Notes: generated by a model from the sequence alone, not told the origin. A stretch of 64,000 nt of DNA from Candidatus Adlerbacteria bacterium GW2011_GWA1_54_10 (GCA_001004665.1 LCRO01000006.1:444-64443); one strand, 5' to 3'; positions 10,560-20,901 are shown, numbered from the stretch's first letter. Translations and numbers: made by a program.

Positions 10560-10689
10560 GAGTTTATTTTAGCCTATCTTTTGATCCTATTCCACAAGGC
10601 TGTGGACAGCCACACGGCCAGCACGGTGATTGTTCGATCATAAAATTTTTAAATGGCTAATAATTTCGAATTATACCCGAAGATAGAAC

Positions 10690-10717
10690 TTGACGCAATA
10701 TACCCTATGGGGGTATT
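10690..10717 (+). promoter_or_regulatory. CsoR-type operator overlapping the promoter
   Basis: Palindrome ATACCC-tatgg-GGGTAT just downstream of TTGACG, upstream of csoR. Confidence 0.8.
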
Positions 10718-10728
10718 GTGGACTGCGT

Positions 10729-11001
10729 ATGCGTCCGGACATAAAGAAAAAGACGCTCCGGCGCTTGAACCTGGTGAGAGGACAGCTCGGCGGACTTATA
10801 AAAATGGTGGACGCCGAGCGCTATTGCGTGGACATAATCACGCAGTCGAGCGCGATAAAAGAGGCGCTCTCCGGCGTCGAGAATCTCGTGCTTGAGAATC
10901 ATCTTGCGACGCACGTTCTGCGGCAAATGCGCGGCGGACGGGAGAAAAAGGCCTCCGCGGAGATACTAAAAATTTACAAGCTAGCGCAAAAGAAAAAATA
11001 A
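10729..11001 (+). CDS. csoR: CsoR/RcnR family metal-sensing repressor
   Basis: 'RRLNLVRGQLGG..MV..RYCVDIITQ..A' and 'LENHLATH' motifs. Confidence 0.9.
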   Translation: MRPDIKKKTLRRLNLVRGQLGGLIKMVDAERYCVDIITQSSAIKEALSGVENLVLENHLATHVLRQMRGGREKKASAEILKIYKLAQKKK

Positions 11002-11004
11002 CAT

Positions 11005-13203
11005 ATGGACTGCTGCCACGACGACTTCCATAAGTCCAAAAATCCGACAGATGCGGAAGTTATCTACACCTGCCCCATGCATCCGGAGGTGGTCAAAAAC
11101 GCGCCGGGCAAATGCCCGGGATGCGGCATGGATTTGATACCCGTGGAATCCGGGTCGCACGCCGGCCACGACATGCAGAAGATGAGTCATGAGGATCATG
11201 ACGCGGCGATGACCAATCCGCAGATAGCCAAGAAGATGGAAAAAGACATGCGGCGGCGATTTTTGATTTCACTCCTGCTTTCAATCCCCATTTCCCTCTA
11301 TTCGCCGGCTGCCATCAATTTTTTTGGTCTGCATTTGCCGTCGCCGATTCCGGTGAATTGGCTCCTCCTTATTCTCACCACTCCGATCGTGTTCTGGACC
11401 GGCTCCATCTTCATCACCGGCACGTACTATTCTCTCAAGGCGAAGAAGCTGAACATGGCGGTCCTTATTGCCACGGGCGTGCTGGCCGCATACCTTTTCA
11501 GCGTCCTCATTACGGTTATCAGGCCCGGTTCGGAGACGTTTTATGAGGCGGCGGCTCTTTTGGTCACATTCGTACTATTTGGTCACTGGATGGAAATGCG
11601 CTCGCGCCGCGGAACGTCCGACGCCCTGCGCGCCCTCTTCGATCTCGTGCCGCCGAAGTCCATGGTCGTCCGCGACGGCAAAGAGGTGAGCGTCCCGAGC
11701 GCGGAAATCGTCCACGGCGACATTGTTGTTTTGCGTCCGGGTGACAAAGTGCCGGTCGACGGAGAAATAGTCGAGGGCGAAACATCCATCGACGAGTCAT
11801 TGGTGACCGGTGAGTCCATGCCCGTCAACAAAGCCGTAGGCGCGAAAGTGGTGGGAGGGTCGGTGAACATCACCGGCATGGTGAAGTTCAGGGCGACGAA
11901 GGTGGGGTCCGAGACAGTATTGGCGCACATCATAAAAATGGTCGAGACCGCGCAAAATTCCAAAGCGCCCGGCCAACGCATTGCAGACAGGGCGGCGGGG
12001 TGGCTGGTCGTGATTGCCATAGGTTCCGGACTTCTTGCCTTCTTCGGTTGGTACTTCTTTGCCGCCGCGGGCCTTCTTACCGCGCTAACTTTTGCCGTCT
12101 CTACTGTAGTAATTGCGTGCCCAGACGCACTCGGGCTCGCTACGCCAACGGCGGTCGCCGTCGGCACTGGCATTGGGGCAAAGCACAACATACTAATTAA
12201 AGACGCGACGACTCTTGAAAACACATCCAGACTGACAGCGATAGTGCTCGACAAGACCGGTACTCTAACGGAAGGAAAACCCAAGGTGACTGAAGTCGTC
12301 GCGGGGCCGGGGTACGAGCGGCGCGACATATTATCGTTTGCCGCCGCGGCCGAGAAGGGCTCCAATCATCCCGTAAGCGCCGCAATTCTGGAGGAAGCGC
12401 AAAAAAGCGGTGCTATATCGGACGAAAAAACGGAGAAATTCGAGTCAATAAGCGGTCACGGCGTTAAGGCCGTCGTCGGCGGCAAAAAAGTGCTCGCGGG
12501 CACGGAGAGGCTTATGCGGCAGGATGGCATAGACCTTTCGCCCATACAGAAAGAAATTGGCCGACTGCTTGCAAGCGGCAACACCATCAGTATTGTCGCC
12601 GTGGAAGGAAAAGCGGCGGGCGTAATTGGCGTAGCTGACACCATCAGGCCGACGGCCAAAAAGTCCATTGCCGCGCTCAAAGCTCTCGGGCTTGAGGTCG
12701 CTATGATAACCGGAGACCACGAGCAGGTCGCAAAGGCAGTTTCAAACGAGCTCGGCATAGACCGATACTTCGCGCAGGTGCTCCCCGAGGACAAGGCCAA
12801 GTACGTCAAAAAACTCCAAGACGAGGGCAAGTTCGTGGCGATGGTGGGGGACGGCATCAACGACGCGCCGGCGCTGGCGCAGTCGGACATAGGCATCGCA
12901 ATTGGCGCGGGTACTGATGTCGCCATAGAGACCGGTAATATCGTTTTAATGAAGTCTGACCCGTACGACATAGTTGCCGCGCTCCGCCTAAGCAAGGCTA
13001 CGGTCGTCAAAATGAAGCAGAATCTTTTCTGGGCGGCAATCTATAACGTCCTTGCGATTCCCGTTGCGGCTGGCGTGTTCTATACTTCTTTCGGCTGGTC
13101 GCTAAGGCCGGAGATAGCGGCCCTACTTATGTCCGCGTCGTCAATAATCGTCGCCTTGAATGCGGTCCTGCTAAAGCGCGTTGAACCGCGCCTCAAGGTA
13201 TAG
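11005..13203 (+). CDS. copA: Copper-translocating P1B-type ATPase
   Basis: YTCPMHPEV metal-binding domain; TGES, CPDALGLATP, DKTGTLT, GDGINDAP, YN and MSASS motifs. Confidence 0.9.
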   Translation: MDCCHDDFHKSKNPTDAEVIYTCPMHPEVVKNAPGKCPGCGMDLIPVESGSHAGHDMQKMSHEDHDAAMTNPQIAKKMEKDMRRRFLISLLLSIPISLYSPAAINFFGLHLPSPIPVNWLLLILTTPIVFWTGSIFITGTYYSLKAKKLNMAVLIATGVLAAYLFSVLITVIRPGSETFYEAAALLVTFVLFGHWMEMRSRRGTSDALRALFDLVPPKSMVVRDGKEVSVPSAEIVHGDIVVLRPGDKVPVDGEIVEGETSIDESLVTGESMPVNKAVGAKVVGGSVNITGMVKFRATKVGSETVLAHIIKMVETAQNSKAPGQRIADRAAGWLVVIAIGSGLLAFFGWYFFAAAGLLTALTFAVSTVVIACPDALGLATPTAVAVGTGIGAKHNILIKDATTLENTSRLTAIVLDKTGTLTEGKPKVTEVVAGPGYERRDILSFAAAAEKGSNHPVSAAILEEAQKSGAISDEKTEKFESISGHGVKAVVGGKKVLAGTERLMRQDGIDLSPIQKEIGRLLASGNTISIVAVEGKAAGVIGVADTIRPTAKKSIAALKALGLEVAMITGDHEQVAKAVSNELGIDRYFAQVLPEDKAKYVKKLQDEGKFVAMVGDGINDAPALAQSDIGIAIGAGTDVAIETGNIVLMKSDPYDIVAALRLSKATVVKMKQNLFWAAIYNVLAIPVAAGVFYTSFGWSLRPEIAALLMSASSIIVALNAVLLKRVEPRLKV

Positions 13204-13224
13204 TATTTTGTAAATAATGGAAAA

Positions 13225-13728
13225 ATGAGATATCCTGATACAATGAAATATTCTGCGGCGGTGCTCATTATTGCGCTTCTTTTCGTCGGCGTGGCGGGTC
13301 CTTTGGGAATAGGTCCCTCGATGTGGGGCCATAGTGAAGGCTGTTTCGCATCCATTGAGACACCGTGCCCCATGGAGCTGTTCGCATCCGCGATACACCA
13401 TGTCTCGGCGTTCACGGCGCTTGCAAGCGTACCGCTTTTCCTCGCGCTTACTCTACTGCTTCTTTTTGCGCTTGTGTTTTACGCGAAGTTTTTGGAAATT
13501 CCGCGGCTTTCTCCCGCTTCCGCGCCGCTCTGGAGAGCAATAGACTATAGTTTCGGCACGCCGCGTGCGCTTTTGCGCGCGCTCGCACGCCTCGAGCACA
13601 GCCCCCCCGCCGTCAGTAACGGGCTGTTATTCGTCTATGTAGAAAACAAAAATGAACAAAACGACAATAATCACAGGCATACTGGCCACGCTCGCTATTG
13701 CGGGGCTCCTGTTCTGGGGACGCACTAA
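13225..13728 (+). CDS. Hypothetical membrane protein (3' end uncertain, overlaps next gene)
   Basis: Two hydrophobic segments with Cys/His residues; lies within the copper cluster. Confidence 0.5.
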   Translation: MRYPDTMKYSAAVLIIALLFVGVAGPLGIGPSMWGHSEGCFASIETPCPMELFASAIHHVSAFTALASVPLFLALTLLLLFALVFYAKFLEIPRLSPASAPLWRAIDYSFGTPRALLRALARLEHSPPAVSNGLLFVYVENKNEQNDNNHRHTGHARYCGAPVLGTH

Positions 13729-14155
13729 CGGGGCCTTCACCGGCCCGCAATCCGGAATAAGTTCAGGTGCCGCCGTTCTTACCGCAGAAAAGAACTTCTA
13801 CGACTTCGGTGTCATCTCGATGAAAAACGGCGTCGTAAGCGCCACCTTCAACGTCAGCAACAAGACAAGTGCGGACGTGCTTGTCACCGACATAGTAACC
13901 TCGTGCATGTGCACTGCCGCGTATGTCGTGGGCGAGGGCGAGAAGATAGGGCCGTTCGGCATGCCGGGGCACGGCGGGCCGGCGCCTAAAGCCAATGTGA
14001 CCATTCCTGCAGGCGGTAGCAAAACAATAGAGGTCCAATTCGATCCTAACGCTCATGGCCCATCGGGCGTGGGGCTGATACAGCGCGTTGTCTCCTTGAC
14101 CGAATCGGGCGGCGGTACGCTCGAGCTCGGCATCAAGGCCAACGTGACTCCATAA
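13652..14155 (+). CDS. DUF1573-like exported protein
   Basis: Signal anchor; 'YDFGVISM', 'TSCMCT' and 'FDPNAHGPSG' motifs. Confidence 0.8.
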   Translation: MNKTTIITGILATLAIAGLLFWGRTNGAFTGPQSGISSGAAVLTAEKNFYDFGVISMKNGVVSATFNVSNKTSADVLVTDIVTSCMCTAAYVVGEGEKIGPFGMPGHGGPAPKANVTIPAGGSKTIEVQFDPNAHGPSGVGLIQRVVSLTESGGGTLELGIKANVTP

Positions 14156-14162
14156 TTGAACT

Positions 14163-14945
14163 ATGAAGAAGATACTGATAATGGGCGGAGTCGTACTTGC
14201 GGCCATAGTCGGCATACTTGCGCTTAAGTACGCCCCGCAGACCTCGCAGTTAATATGGGACGCAAGCGGCGGCGGCGCATGGCTCTTGCCTCTTGTACTT
14301 GTGGCCGCTTTGCTCGACAGCGTGCCCCCGTGCTCGTTCTCCATCTTGCTCATTACTATCGCGTTCCTCTTCGGGATGCAGTTAAGCCGCGGGCACATTC
14401 TGCGCATCGGCGGCGCGTACGTTGCGGGCATATTTGCCTCTTACCTGCTCATAGGGCTCGGCGCTCTGCAGGTTCTGCACTTGTTCAATACGCCGCACTT
14501 CATGGGCAAACTGGGCGCGGCACTTCTTGTTGCGTTTGGCATTATCAACTTAATAAACGCGCTCTTTCCGTCCTTTCCGCTAAAACTGAAGATACCTTCA
14601 GTGTCGCACGGCGCGATGGGAAAGCTGATGGAGCAGGCGTCCCTGCCAGCGGCATTCCTGCTCGGCGGCCTTGTCGGCATATGCCAGTTCCCGTGCATGG
14701 GAGGCCCATACCTAATGGTCATAGGGCTCTTGCACGACCAATTAACTTACTTCGCGGGCGTCGGATATCTTGTACTCTATAACCTCATCCTTGTCCTGCC
14801 GCTCGTTGCGGTGCTTTGGTTCGCCGCCGACAAAGCGGTGGTGGACAAAGTTGCGGAGTGGAAGCGTATAAATCTGCGGCAGGTGCGGCTTTGGGCTGGA
14901 GTCGCGATGCTTATTCTCGGCCTCCTTATAATATTCATCATTTAA
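14163..14945 (+). CDS. CcdA/DsbD-like cytochrome c biogenesis membrane protein
   Basis: Multiple TM segments with 'DSVPPCSF' and 'FPCMGGPYL' cysteine motifs. Confidence 0.8.
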   Translation: MKKILIMGGVVLAAIVGILALKYAPQTSQLIWDASGGGAWLLPLVLVAALLDSVPPCSFSILLITIAFLFGMQLSRGHILRIGGAYVAGIFASYLLIGLGALQVLHLFNTPHFMGKLGAALLVAFGIINLINALFPSFPLKLKIPSVSHGAMGKLMEQASLPAAFLLGGLVGICQFPCMGGPYLMVIGLLHDQLTYFAGVGYLVLYNLILVLPLVAVLWFAADKAVVDKVAEWKRINLRQVRLWAGVAMLILGLLIIFII

Positions 14946-14954
14946 CAGAAAACT

Positions 14955-15122
14955 ATGATCGTCAGATCACGATTCAAATTGGGAGACGCGATCGCGAGGG
15001 TCGCAAAGATTCTCCGCATCCCGCATTGTCAAAATTGTGAAAAGCGCCGGCTCATTCTAAATGAAATTCAAACGCTGGGCGTAAAAGAAACAATCAAAAG
15101 ACTAGAGGATTGCTGCGAATGA
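14955..15122 (+). CDS. Small Cys-rich protein (55 aa)
   Basis: MIVRSRFKLGDAIARVAKILRIPHCQNCEKRRLILNEIQTLGVKETIKRLEDCCE*; fills the gap between operon genes. Confidence 0.6.
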   Translation: MIVRSRFKLGDAIARVAKILRIPHCQNCEKRRLILNEIQTLGVKETIKRLEDCCE

Positions 15123-15126
15123 AAAT

Positions 15127-15807
15127 ATGAGAACGGACATAATATTGCCGACGGCAATTCTTGTTTTTGCGACATTGGCGCTCGCGGTCTTCGCTCCGCC
15201 TCCACAACCCGCAGGTGTTGCCCATGCGCAGGAAGTTACTTTGCCCGCAATTTGGGGCAATTTGGGCGCGCGGCTTGTCGAGCTTGGGATTATAGACCCT
15301 CAAAAAATGAGAGAGTTGTATGGTACAAGCTGGAACGAAGAGTATGAGAGATTGCTTACTGGGGAGAGCGGCGCGCTTGTGATGTCGCAGGAAAATTCGG
15401 GCTACCTGCTTAACCTGCTGTGGGCGCTCGGGCTCGCGAACAAAAATCCGATACTCGAGGATGAGACCGAGATGATGAACCCGGCCTATGGGTCCCCAAG
15501 CCGCTTTGCCTCGACCGGCGGATGGACCCTTGCCGCAGGAGACGCGATGGATCATTACGACATACACGAGTTTATAATCCTGACGCAGGAGCAGCAGCGG
15601 CTAGTAGATAAAATCTCGCGAAAGGTCTTCCGCCCGTGTTGCGGCAACTCCGCGCACTTTCCGGACTGCAATCACGGGATGGCAATGCTCGCACTGCTCG
15701 AGCTTATGACATCGCAGGGAGTACAGGAGAGGGAGTTATATAGCACTGCAAATATCGTAAATTCATTCTGGTTTCCGGAGGAGCACCAAAGCTCCTGCAG
15801 TGCATAA
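15127..15807 (+). CDS. Conserved exported protein with Cys/His motif
   Basis: Signal peptide; 'FASTGGWT' and 'RPCCGNSAHFPDCNHGMA' motifs. Confidence 0.75.
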   Translation: MRTDIILPTAILVFATLALAVFAPPPQPAGVAHAQEVTLPAIWGNLGARLVELGIIDPQKMRELYGTSWNEEYERLLTGESGALVMSQENSGYLLNLLWALGLANKNPILEDETEMMNPAYGSPSRFASTGGWTLAAGDAMDHYDIHEFIILTQEQQRLVDKISRKVFRPCCGNSAHFPDCNHGMAMLALLELMTSQGVQERELYSTANIVNSFWFPEEHQSSCSA

Positions 15808-15836
15808 CCACGCATTGCATGGTTTATACTTGACGC

Positions 15837-16916
15837 ATGGGACATACTCCGTCCGCTTGCGGCAATTTGCGTGCGCGCGGCTTCACTCTTATAGAGCTTT
15901 TGGTCGTAATATCCATAATTTCTCTGCTTGCCGTCATACTTACCGCCTCTCTTATGACCGCGAGGCAGAAAGCTCGCGACACGCGGCGCCTTACGGATAT
16001 AAAGACCATAGCGAACGCACTCGAATTCTATAACATGGACGAGGGGCACTATCCGATAGCGACGGAGTGGGCTACCGGTTGCGGACACGCGGGCTCCAGC
16101 TGGATTCCGGACGGGGATAATTACGACTGGAGCACCGAATACCTGCCCGATATGCCGCGAGATCCGTCCGAAAACTGCTCTGCGCTCAATCAGCATACCT
16201 ATGCGTATTGGAGCGACGGATCGAATTATCAGATAACCACCCAGCTTGAGAGTTCCGTTCCTCCCGACACCGGCGGTAATAATTATTCTTTCGACGGCAC
16301 CTCGTTCCAGCCGTTTATCGATACGGCGCCATTTACGGCGGCTTTTTCCTCGCTGGCTCCGGATCCTACCAATCAATCGCCCATACCCATAGTTGTTTCT
16401 TTCGCGCGGTCGGTAGTAGACTTTACGCAATCCAGCGTTTCCGTTGTGCGCGGGTTCGTCAGCGGTTTTTCTCCGGTACTCGCCACGCTGTATAATATCT
16501 TCGTCACTCCGACCGACAACGACCCCATAATAGTGAGCCTAAGCGGCGGCGCAGTGCACGACGAAAGCGGCGTCGGCAACGCCCCGGCGCAGTTCACTAT
16601 CACGTTCAATTCGCTCCTGCCTCACCCGGCGCTTTCTCCGGACCCTTTTCCGATGACGGTTTCGGCGCCGTTTTCGGTAGACGTCAACTTCACCTTGCCG
16701 GTTGTCGATTTTTCCGCGGGAGACATAAACGTGCAAAACGGAACGGTCGACAACTTCTACGAGACCGCGCCGATGGACGGCACCAATTACACCTTGACGA
16801 TCACTCCGACGAGCGCCGGAGAAGTTGCCGTGTATATTCCGTCTGATGTCGCCCATAGCGCCGCTGGGAACGGCAATGTCGCCTCAAACACCATCAGTAC
16901 GGATTTCAACCCCTGA
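15837..16916 (+). CDS. Prepilin-type N-terminal protein with C-terminal Ig-like repeats
   Basis: G|FTLIELLVVI motif and 'ARQKARD..R..D'; two beta-rich repeats ('F..VVDF'). Confidence 0.85.
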   Translation: MGHTPSACGNLRARGFTLIELLVVISIISLLAVILTASLMTARQKARDTRRLTDIKTIANALEFYNMDEGHYPIATEWATGCGHAGSSWIPDGDNYDWSTEYLPDMPRDPSENCSALNQHTYAYWSDGSNYQITTQLESSVPPDTGGNNYSFDGTSFQPFIDTAPFTAAFSSLAPDPTNQSPIPIVVSFARSVVDFTQSSVSVVRGFVSGFSPVLATLYNIFVTPTDNDPIIVSLSGGAVHDESGVGNAPAQFTITFNSLLPHPALSPDPFPMTVSAPFSVDVNFTLPVVDFSAGDINVQNGTVDNFYETAPMDGTNYTLTITPTSAGEVAVYIPSDVAHSAAGNGNVASNTISTDFNP

Positions 16917-16920
16917 CCTT

Positions 16921-17400
16921 ATGGCGGTCATAAGCGCGGGACTCTTGATGTACCGGATGCGAAGCGGGCCCGAAATTTTGCTCGCGCACTATGGTGGCCC
17001 CTACTGGATAAAAAAAGACAAAGGCGCATGGGGCATACCCAAAGGACAAGCAGAAAGCGGCGAGAAGTCGCTGGAAGATTTACTGCAAGTTGCAAAGCGT
17101 GAGTTCGAGGAGGAAACAAGCTTCGAACCCCGCGGCGATTTTGAGTACCTAACCACAATTGAGCGTAGTGACGGTAAAAAAGTGCATGTTTGGGTGTTCG
17201 AGGGCGATGCCGATCTCTCGAAATTCAAAAGCAACACCATTGTAATGGAGTGGCCGCCGCGCTCTGGAAGGAAGATAGAAATTCCGGAGGTCGACAAAGG
17301 AGCCTTCTTTCGACTGGAAGAAGCCAAAGAGAAAATAATCCCATACCAGCTCGGCATCCTCGCCACCTTCGAGGAGTGGATAAAAAAGAAAGTGGTATAA
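16921..17400 (+). CDS. NUDIX hydrolase
   Basis: 'ISAGLLMYR', 'WGIPKG..AKREFEEET' and 'EWPPRSG..PEVD' motifs. Confidence 0.9.
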   Translation: MAVISAGLLMYRMRSGPEILLAHYGGPYWIKKDKGAWGIPKGQAESGEKSLEDLLQVAKREFEEETSFEPRGDFEYLTTIERSDGKKVHVWVFEGDADLSKFKSNTIVMEWPPRSGRKIEIPEVDKGAFFRLEEAKEKIIPYQLGILATFEEWIKKKVV

Positions 17401-17407
17401 TACGAAA

Positions 17408-17677
17408 ATGCCGGTGCAGGATTATTATTGGAAGGGGTGGGAGATGGGATTCGGATTTCCCCTCTGGATTGCGCCCTTATTCCTTGCATTTATTTTGTGG
17501 AGTTTGTTTTGGAAGGGACTCGCTCTTTGGCATAGCTCGAGGCGTGGGCAGAACTGGTGGTTTATAGTCATGCTCGTAGTGAATACCGCCGGAATTTTGG
17601 AAATAGCTTATTTATTTGCAATTATCAAGCTTAAATTCGGAAAGCTCTTTAATCCGGAGCACCGCCGTTCGCATTAA
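17408..17677 (+). CDS. DUF5652-like membrane protein
   Basis: 'WSLFWKGLALW..Q.WWF..VNTAGILEI.YLF' pattern. Confidence 0.8.
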   Translation: MPVQDYYWKGWEMGFGFPLWIAPLFLAFILWSLFWKGLALWHSSRRGQNWWFIVMLVVNTAGILEIAYLFAIIKLKFGKLFNPEHRRSH

Positions 17678-17696
17678 TCTTAAAATTATTTTTAAC

Positions 17697-17867
17697 ATGG
17701 CTAAGAATGGTCCGCGGGGCAAGGGGCGCGCAGGCGGGATAAAAAATCGCTCGCAGGTTCTCTCGCCGCGCAACAAGCGCTGGACCAAGGTTAATAACAA
17801 ATCCGGCAAGTTTATTGACCAGATGTCACGCAAGGGCAAGGCGTTCAAGAGCGTCAAGATGAAGTGA
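17697..17867 (+). CDS. Small basic hypothetical protein
   Basis: MAKN..GR.G.IKNRSQV..P.NKRWTK...SGKFIDQ.....FKSV pattern. Confidence 0.7.
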   Translation: MAKNGPRGKGRAGGIKNRSQVLSPRNKRWTKVNNKSGKFIDQMSRKGKAFKSVKMK

Positions 17868-17887
17868 CAGTTTTATAAAATATCTTC

Positions 17888-18529
17888 ATGTTTAAGGACA
17901 GAGAGGATGCCGGCAAGCGCCTTGCCGAGCGGCTTTTAAAGTACGAGGGCGCGAATGCGACAGTGCTTGCGTTGCCGCGTGGCGGGGTGATCGTAGGCGC
18001 GGAAGTGGCGCGCGCTCTTGCACTGCCGCTCGATATAGTTGTGCCGCGCAAGGTGGGGTACCCCGGCAATCCGGAGTACGCCGTGTGCGCTACCGACGCG
18101 GAAGGCACCCTCGTATGCAATGAGCGCGAGACGGCCGACATAGACAAGGGGTGGTTAAAAAAAGAAATTGAGAAGGAACAGGAGGAAGCACGGCGGCGCA
18201 TCAGGTTGTATCGGGTGGATAAGGACCCGTTGGATATAAGAAATAAAATAGCGATCATTGTTGACGACGGCGTGGCGACCGGCCTTACCATGCGGCTTGC
18301 GGTGATGGCGGTAAAAAAACAGCACCCGCAAAAAATAATCGTTGCAGTTCCAGTTGCACCGTTTGAGGCCGTGCGCGCCCTGCGCGAAGACGCGGAGGTT
18401 ATCGTGCTTGAGCCGCCAGAGGACTTTTTGGGTGCCGTAGGCGCACATTACGGGTACTTTCCGCAAGTTGAGGACGCAGAGGTAATGGCTCTGCAACAAC
18501 AAAAAACGGCGGTACAATTTAAGCAATGA
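17888..18529 (+). CDS. Phosphoribosyltransferase family protein
   Basis: 'FKDREDAG', 'LALPRGG' and 'IVDDGVATG' motifs. Confidence 0.9.
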   Translation: MFKDREDAGKRLAERLLKYEGANATVLALPRGGVIVGAEVARALALPLDIVVPRKVGYPGNPEYAVCATDAEGTLVCNERETADIDKGWLKKEIEKEQEEARRRIRLYRVDKDPLDIRNKIAIIVDDGVATGLTMRLAVMAVKKQHPQKIIVAVPVAPFEAVRALREDAEVIVLEPPEDFLGAVGAHYGYFPQVEDAEVMALQQQKTAVQFKQ

Positions 18530-19074
18530 AATACCACCGGCACGTAATGCAGGACTTGCTCGCCATTGTTGCGAGCATTGCGTTTTCCGTTGTCATAGTG
18601 CAGTACAGTCTGGTAGAGGTCGCTCTTGCGGCATCGGGCGGTGGGACCATTATTGCCAGTTTTGTCGCGGGGATGTTCTTTACCTCCGTTTTGACGACCG
18701 CGCCCGCGATTGCCGTACTCGGCGAACTCTCGTTGAAGGGAAATTTTTTATTGGTCGCGCTCATTGGGGGCGCGGGCGCGGTCGTCGGCGACTATTTTCT
18801 GTTCGCATTCGTACGCGACCGCATTTCGGGCGATGTCGCCCACCTGCTCAAGCGCAGGGCGCTCGGGCGCCTGCATGCGGTATTCCGCCGACCGACATTT
18901 AAATGGCTTCTGCCGTTCCTCGGCGGGCTTATAATAGCATCGCCCCTGCCGGACGAGATAGGGCTGGCTCTCCTTGGTTTCGCGCGGCTTACGACGCGCA
19001 TTTTTATACCCCTCTCTTTTGCATTTAACGCTTTTGGAATAATTCTAATATCACTGGTTGCGCGCTCTTTTTAA
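18526..19074 (+). CDS. Hypothetical membrane protein
   Basis: Multiple TM segments; 'IIASPLPDEIG' motif. Confidence 0.75.
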   Translation: MKYHRHVMQDLLAIVASIAFSVVIVQYSLVEVALAASGGGTIIASFVAGMFFTSVLTTAPAIAVLGELSLKGNFLLVALIGGAGAVVGDYFLFAFVRDRISGDVAHLLKRRALGRLHAVFRRPTFKWLLPFLGGLIIASPLPDEIGLALLGFARLTTRIFIPLSFAFNAFGIILISLVARSF

Positions 19075-19171
19075 TCCAAAAATCAAGAGATTGTCCGCAA
19101 TTGGATAGGGGAGGAGGAACCCGAGATGGAAGAATAGGTAATATAGATGGTATAGTGGCGTCATAGAAAAT

Positions 19172-20338
19172 ATGAGACGCGCATTTTTTGCAGCTGTTTT
19201 TATTTTGCTTTTTCCGTTTCCTGTCCTCGCGCAGTATAAACCCTTCGAGTTCTCCGGCTGGATACCTTATTGGAAGTCAGAGGCTGGCGTCGCCGAAGCG
19301 CGCGCGCATTTAAGAGAGCTCACGGAAATCAACCCTTTCGGTTACAGCATCAAGGCCGACGGCACCCTGCAGGACCTCGCGGGGCTCGACAAGGAATACT
19401 GGCAAACGCTTTTTGCCGACGCGCGCGTGGGGAAGGTGCGCATCATTCCAACTGCAATGTGGAGTGATGGCGCACAGATGGACAAGCTATTGCGCGACCC
19501 GGAATGGCGCAAAAACCACATACAAAATTTGTATGACCTGGTAACGCAAAACAACTTCGACGGGATAGACATAGACTACGAGGGCAAATGGGCGGAGACC
19601 AGGGTCTACTTTTCCGCATTTCTACAGGAGCTGTACAAGAAGATGGGGAATAAGTGGGTTATGTGCACCATAGAGCCGCGTACGCCGCTTGAGGCGCGCT
19701 ACGACACCGTACCGAAAAATATCGAGTATGCCAACGATTTTAAAGTCCTGAATAAAAATTGCGACCGCGTGCGCATAATGACGTATGACCAAGGCACAAT
19801 AGACATAAGGCTCAATCGCGCGCAAAACGGCAAGCCGTATATCCCGCTCTCGGACCCAAAGTGGGTGGAAAAGGTCATACAGCTTGCCGCGAAAGACATC
19901 TCCAAGAAAAAGATCGTAATAGGCGTCGGCACTTACGGCTATGAGTACGCTATTACGCCTCAAAGCTCCAGCTACGTATACGACAAGCAGTGGTCGCTCT
20001 CTCCGGCGTACGCTCTCGACTTGGCGCGCCAACTAAATCTCACTCCCCAGCGCAACAGCGCGGGTGAGATGAGTTTTACTTATCTTCCGGCGCTCGCGGG
20101 GCAGATCAACGCCGCGCAAACCCTGCCAAACCCCGAGCCGTTCAATCTTTCCACCTCGACGACGCCGCAGGCGGCGGCCGTGGCGCTCGCGTTCGAGAAG
20201 ATACGCATAATCTGGTGGAGCGACGCGCAGGCGATAAAGCAAAAAGTAAACTTGGCACGCAAGCTCGGGGTGCGCGGGGTGGCAATATTCAAGCTCGATG
20301 GCAGTGCGGACCCGCAGACGTGGAGCGTGCTAAAATAG
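19172..20338 (+). CDS. Glycoside hydrolase family 18 protein
   Basis: Signal peptide; FDGIDIDYE catalytic motif and 'IMTYD'. Confidence 0.9.
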   Translation: MRRAFFAAVFILLFPFPVLAQYKPFEFSGWIPYWKSEAGVAEARAHLRELTEINPFGYSIKADGTLQDLAGLDKEYWQTLFADARVGKVRIIPTAMWSDGAQMDKLLRDPEWRKNHIQNLYDLVTQNNFDGIDIDYEGKWAETRVYFSAFLQELYKKMGNKWVMCTIEPRTPLEARYDTVPKNIEYANDFKVLNKNCDRVRIMTYDQGTIDIRLNRAQNGKPYIPLSDPKWVEKVIQLAAKDISKKKIVIGVGTYGYEYAITPQSSSYVYDKQWSLSPAYALDLARQLNLTPQRNSAGEMSFTYLPALAGQINAAQTLPNPEPFNLSTSTTPQAAAVALAFEKIRIIWWSDAQAIKQKVNLARKLGVRGVAIFKLDGSADPQTWSVLK

Positions 20339-20449
20339 GGCTTGTCACGTTATAATCGGAACTCTAACGGAGCTCATCGCTTCTTCATTGCTCGTGTATA
20401 TCTTATATGGTTATAAATTTTTAATCGTTAATTTTTTTCATATAATCAT

Positions 20450-20901
20450 ATGACTAACACAAGTTGGGCGATAGTAATTATTGTCGTTCTCGTTCTAGCT
20501 GGGCTGGTTTGGTGGTACTACCAGCCGGCTGAGTCCGCGCCCACCCCGGCAACTACGAGCTCCGTAAACGCTCCTCCCGCAAACTCGGCTCCAGTCGGCG
20601 CCACGGTGACCCATGGCTCGTTTCTCCGCAGGAAGTCACGATCGCGCGCGGCGGCACGGTTACCTGGGTCGACGATGGAGACAACGAGATGGAAGTCGCT
20701 TCGGCACAACATCCCACGCATTCCGTGTATGACGGGACAACAAGGGACCAGCATTGCGCCGCCGGATACACAGGCGTAAAACCCCTTGATCAGTGCACCA
20801 AAGGAGATACCTATTCCTTTACCTTCGACAATGTGGGCACGTGGGGGTACCACAATCACAGAGATGTAAGCCACTTCGGTAAAGTTATTGTAGTTGAATG
20901 A
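20450..20901 (+). pseudogene. Cupredoxin/plastocyanin-like protein, frameshifted near 20620
   Basis: The N-terminal TM segment is in one frame; 'FSPQEVTI..G.TVTW...HPTH...YSFTF..GTWGYHNH' is in another. Confidence 0.75.
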
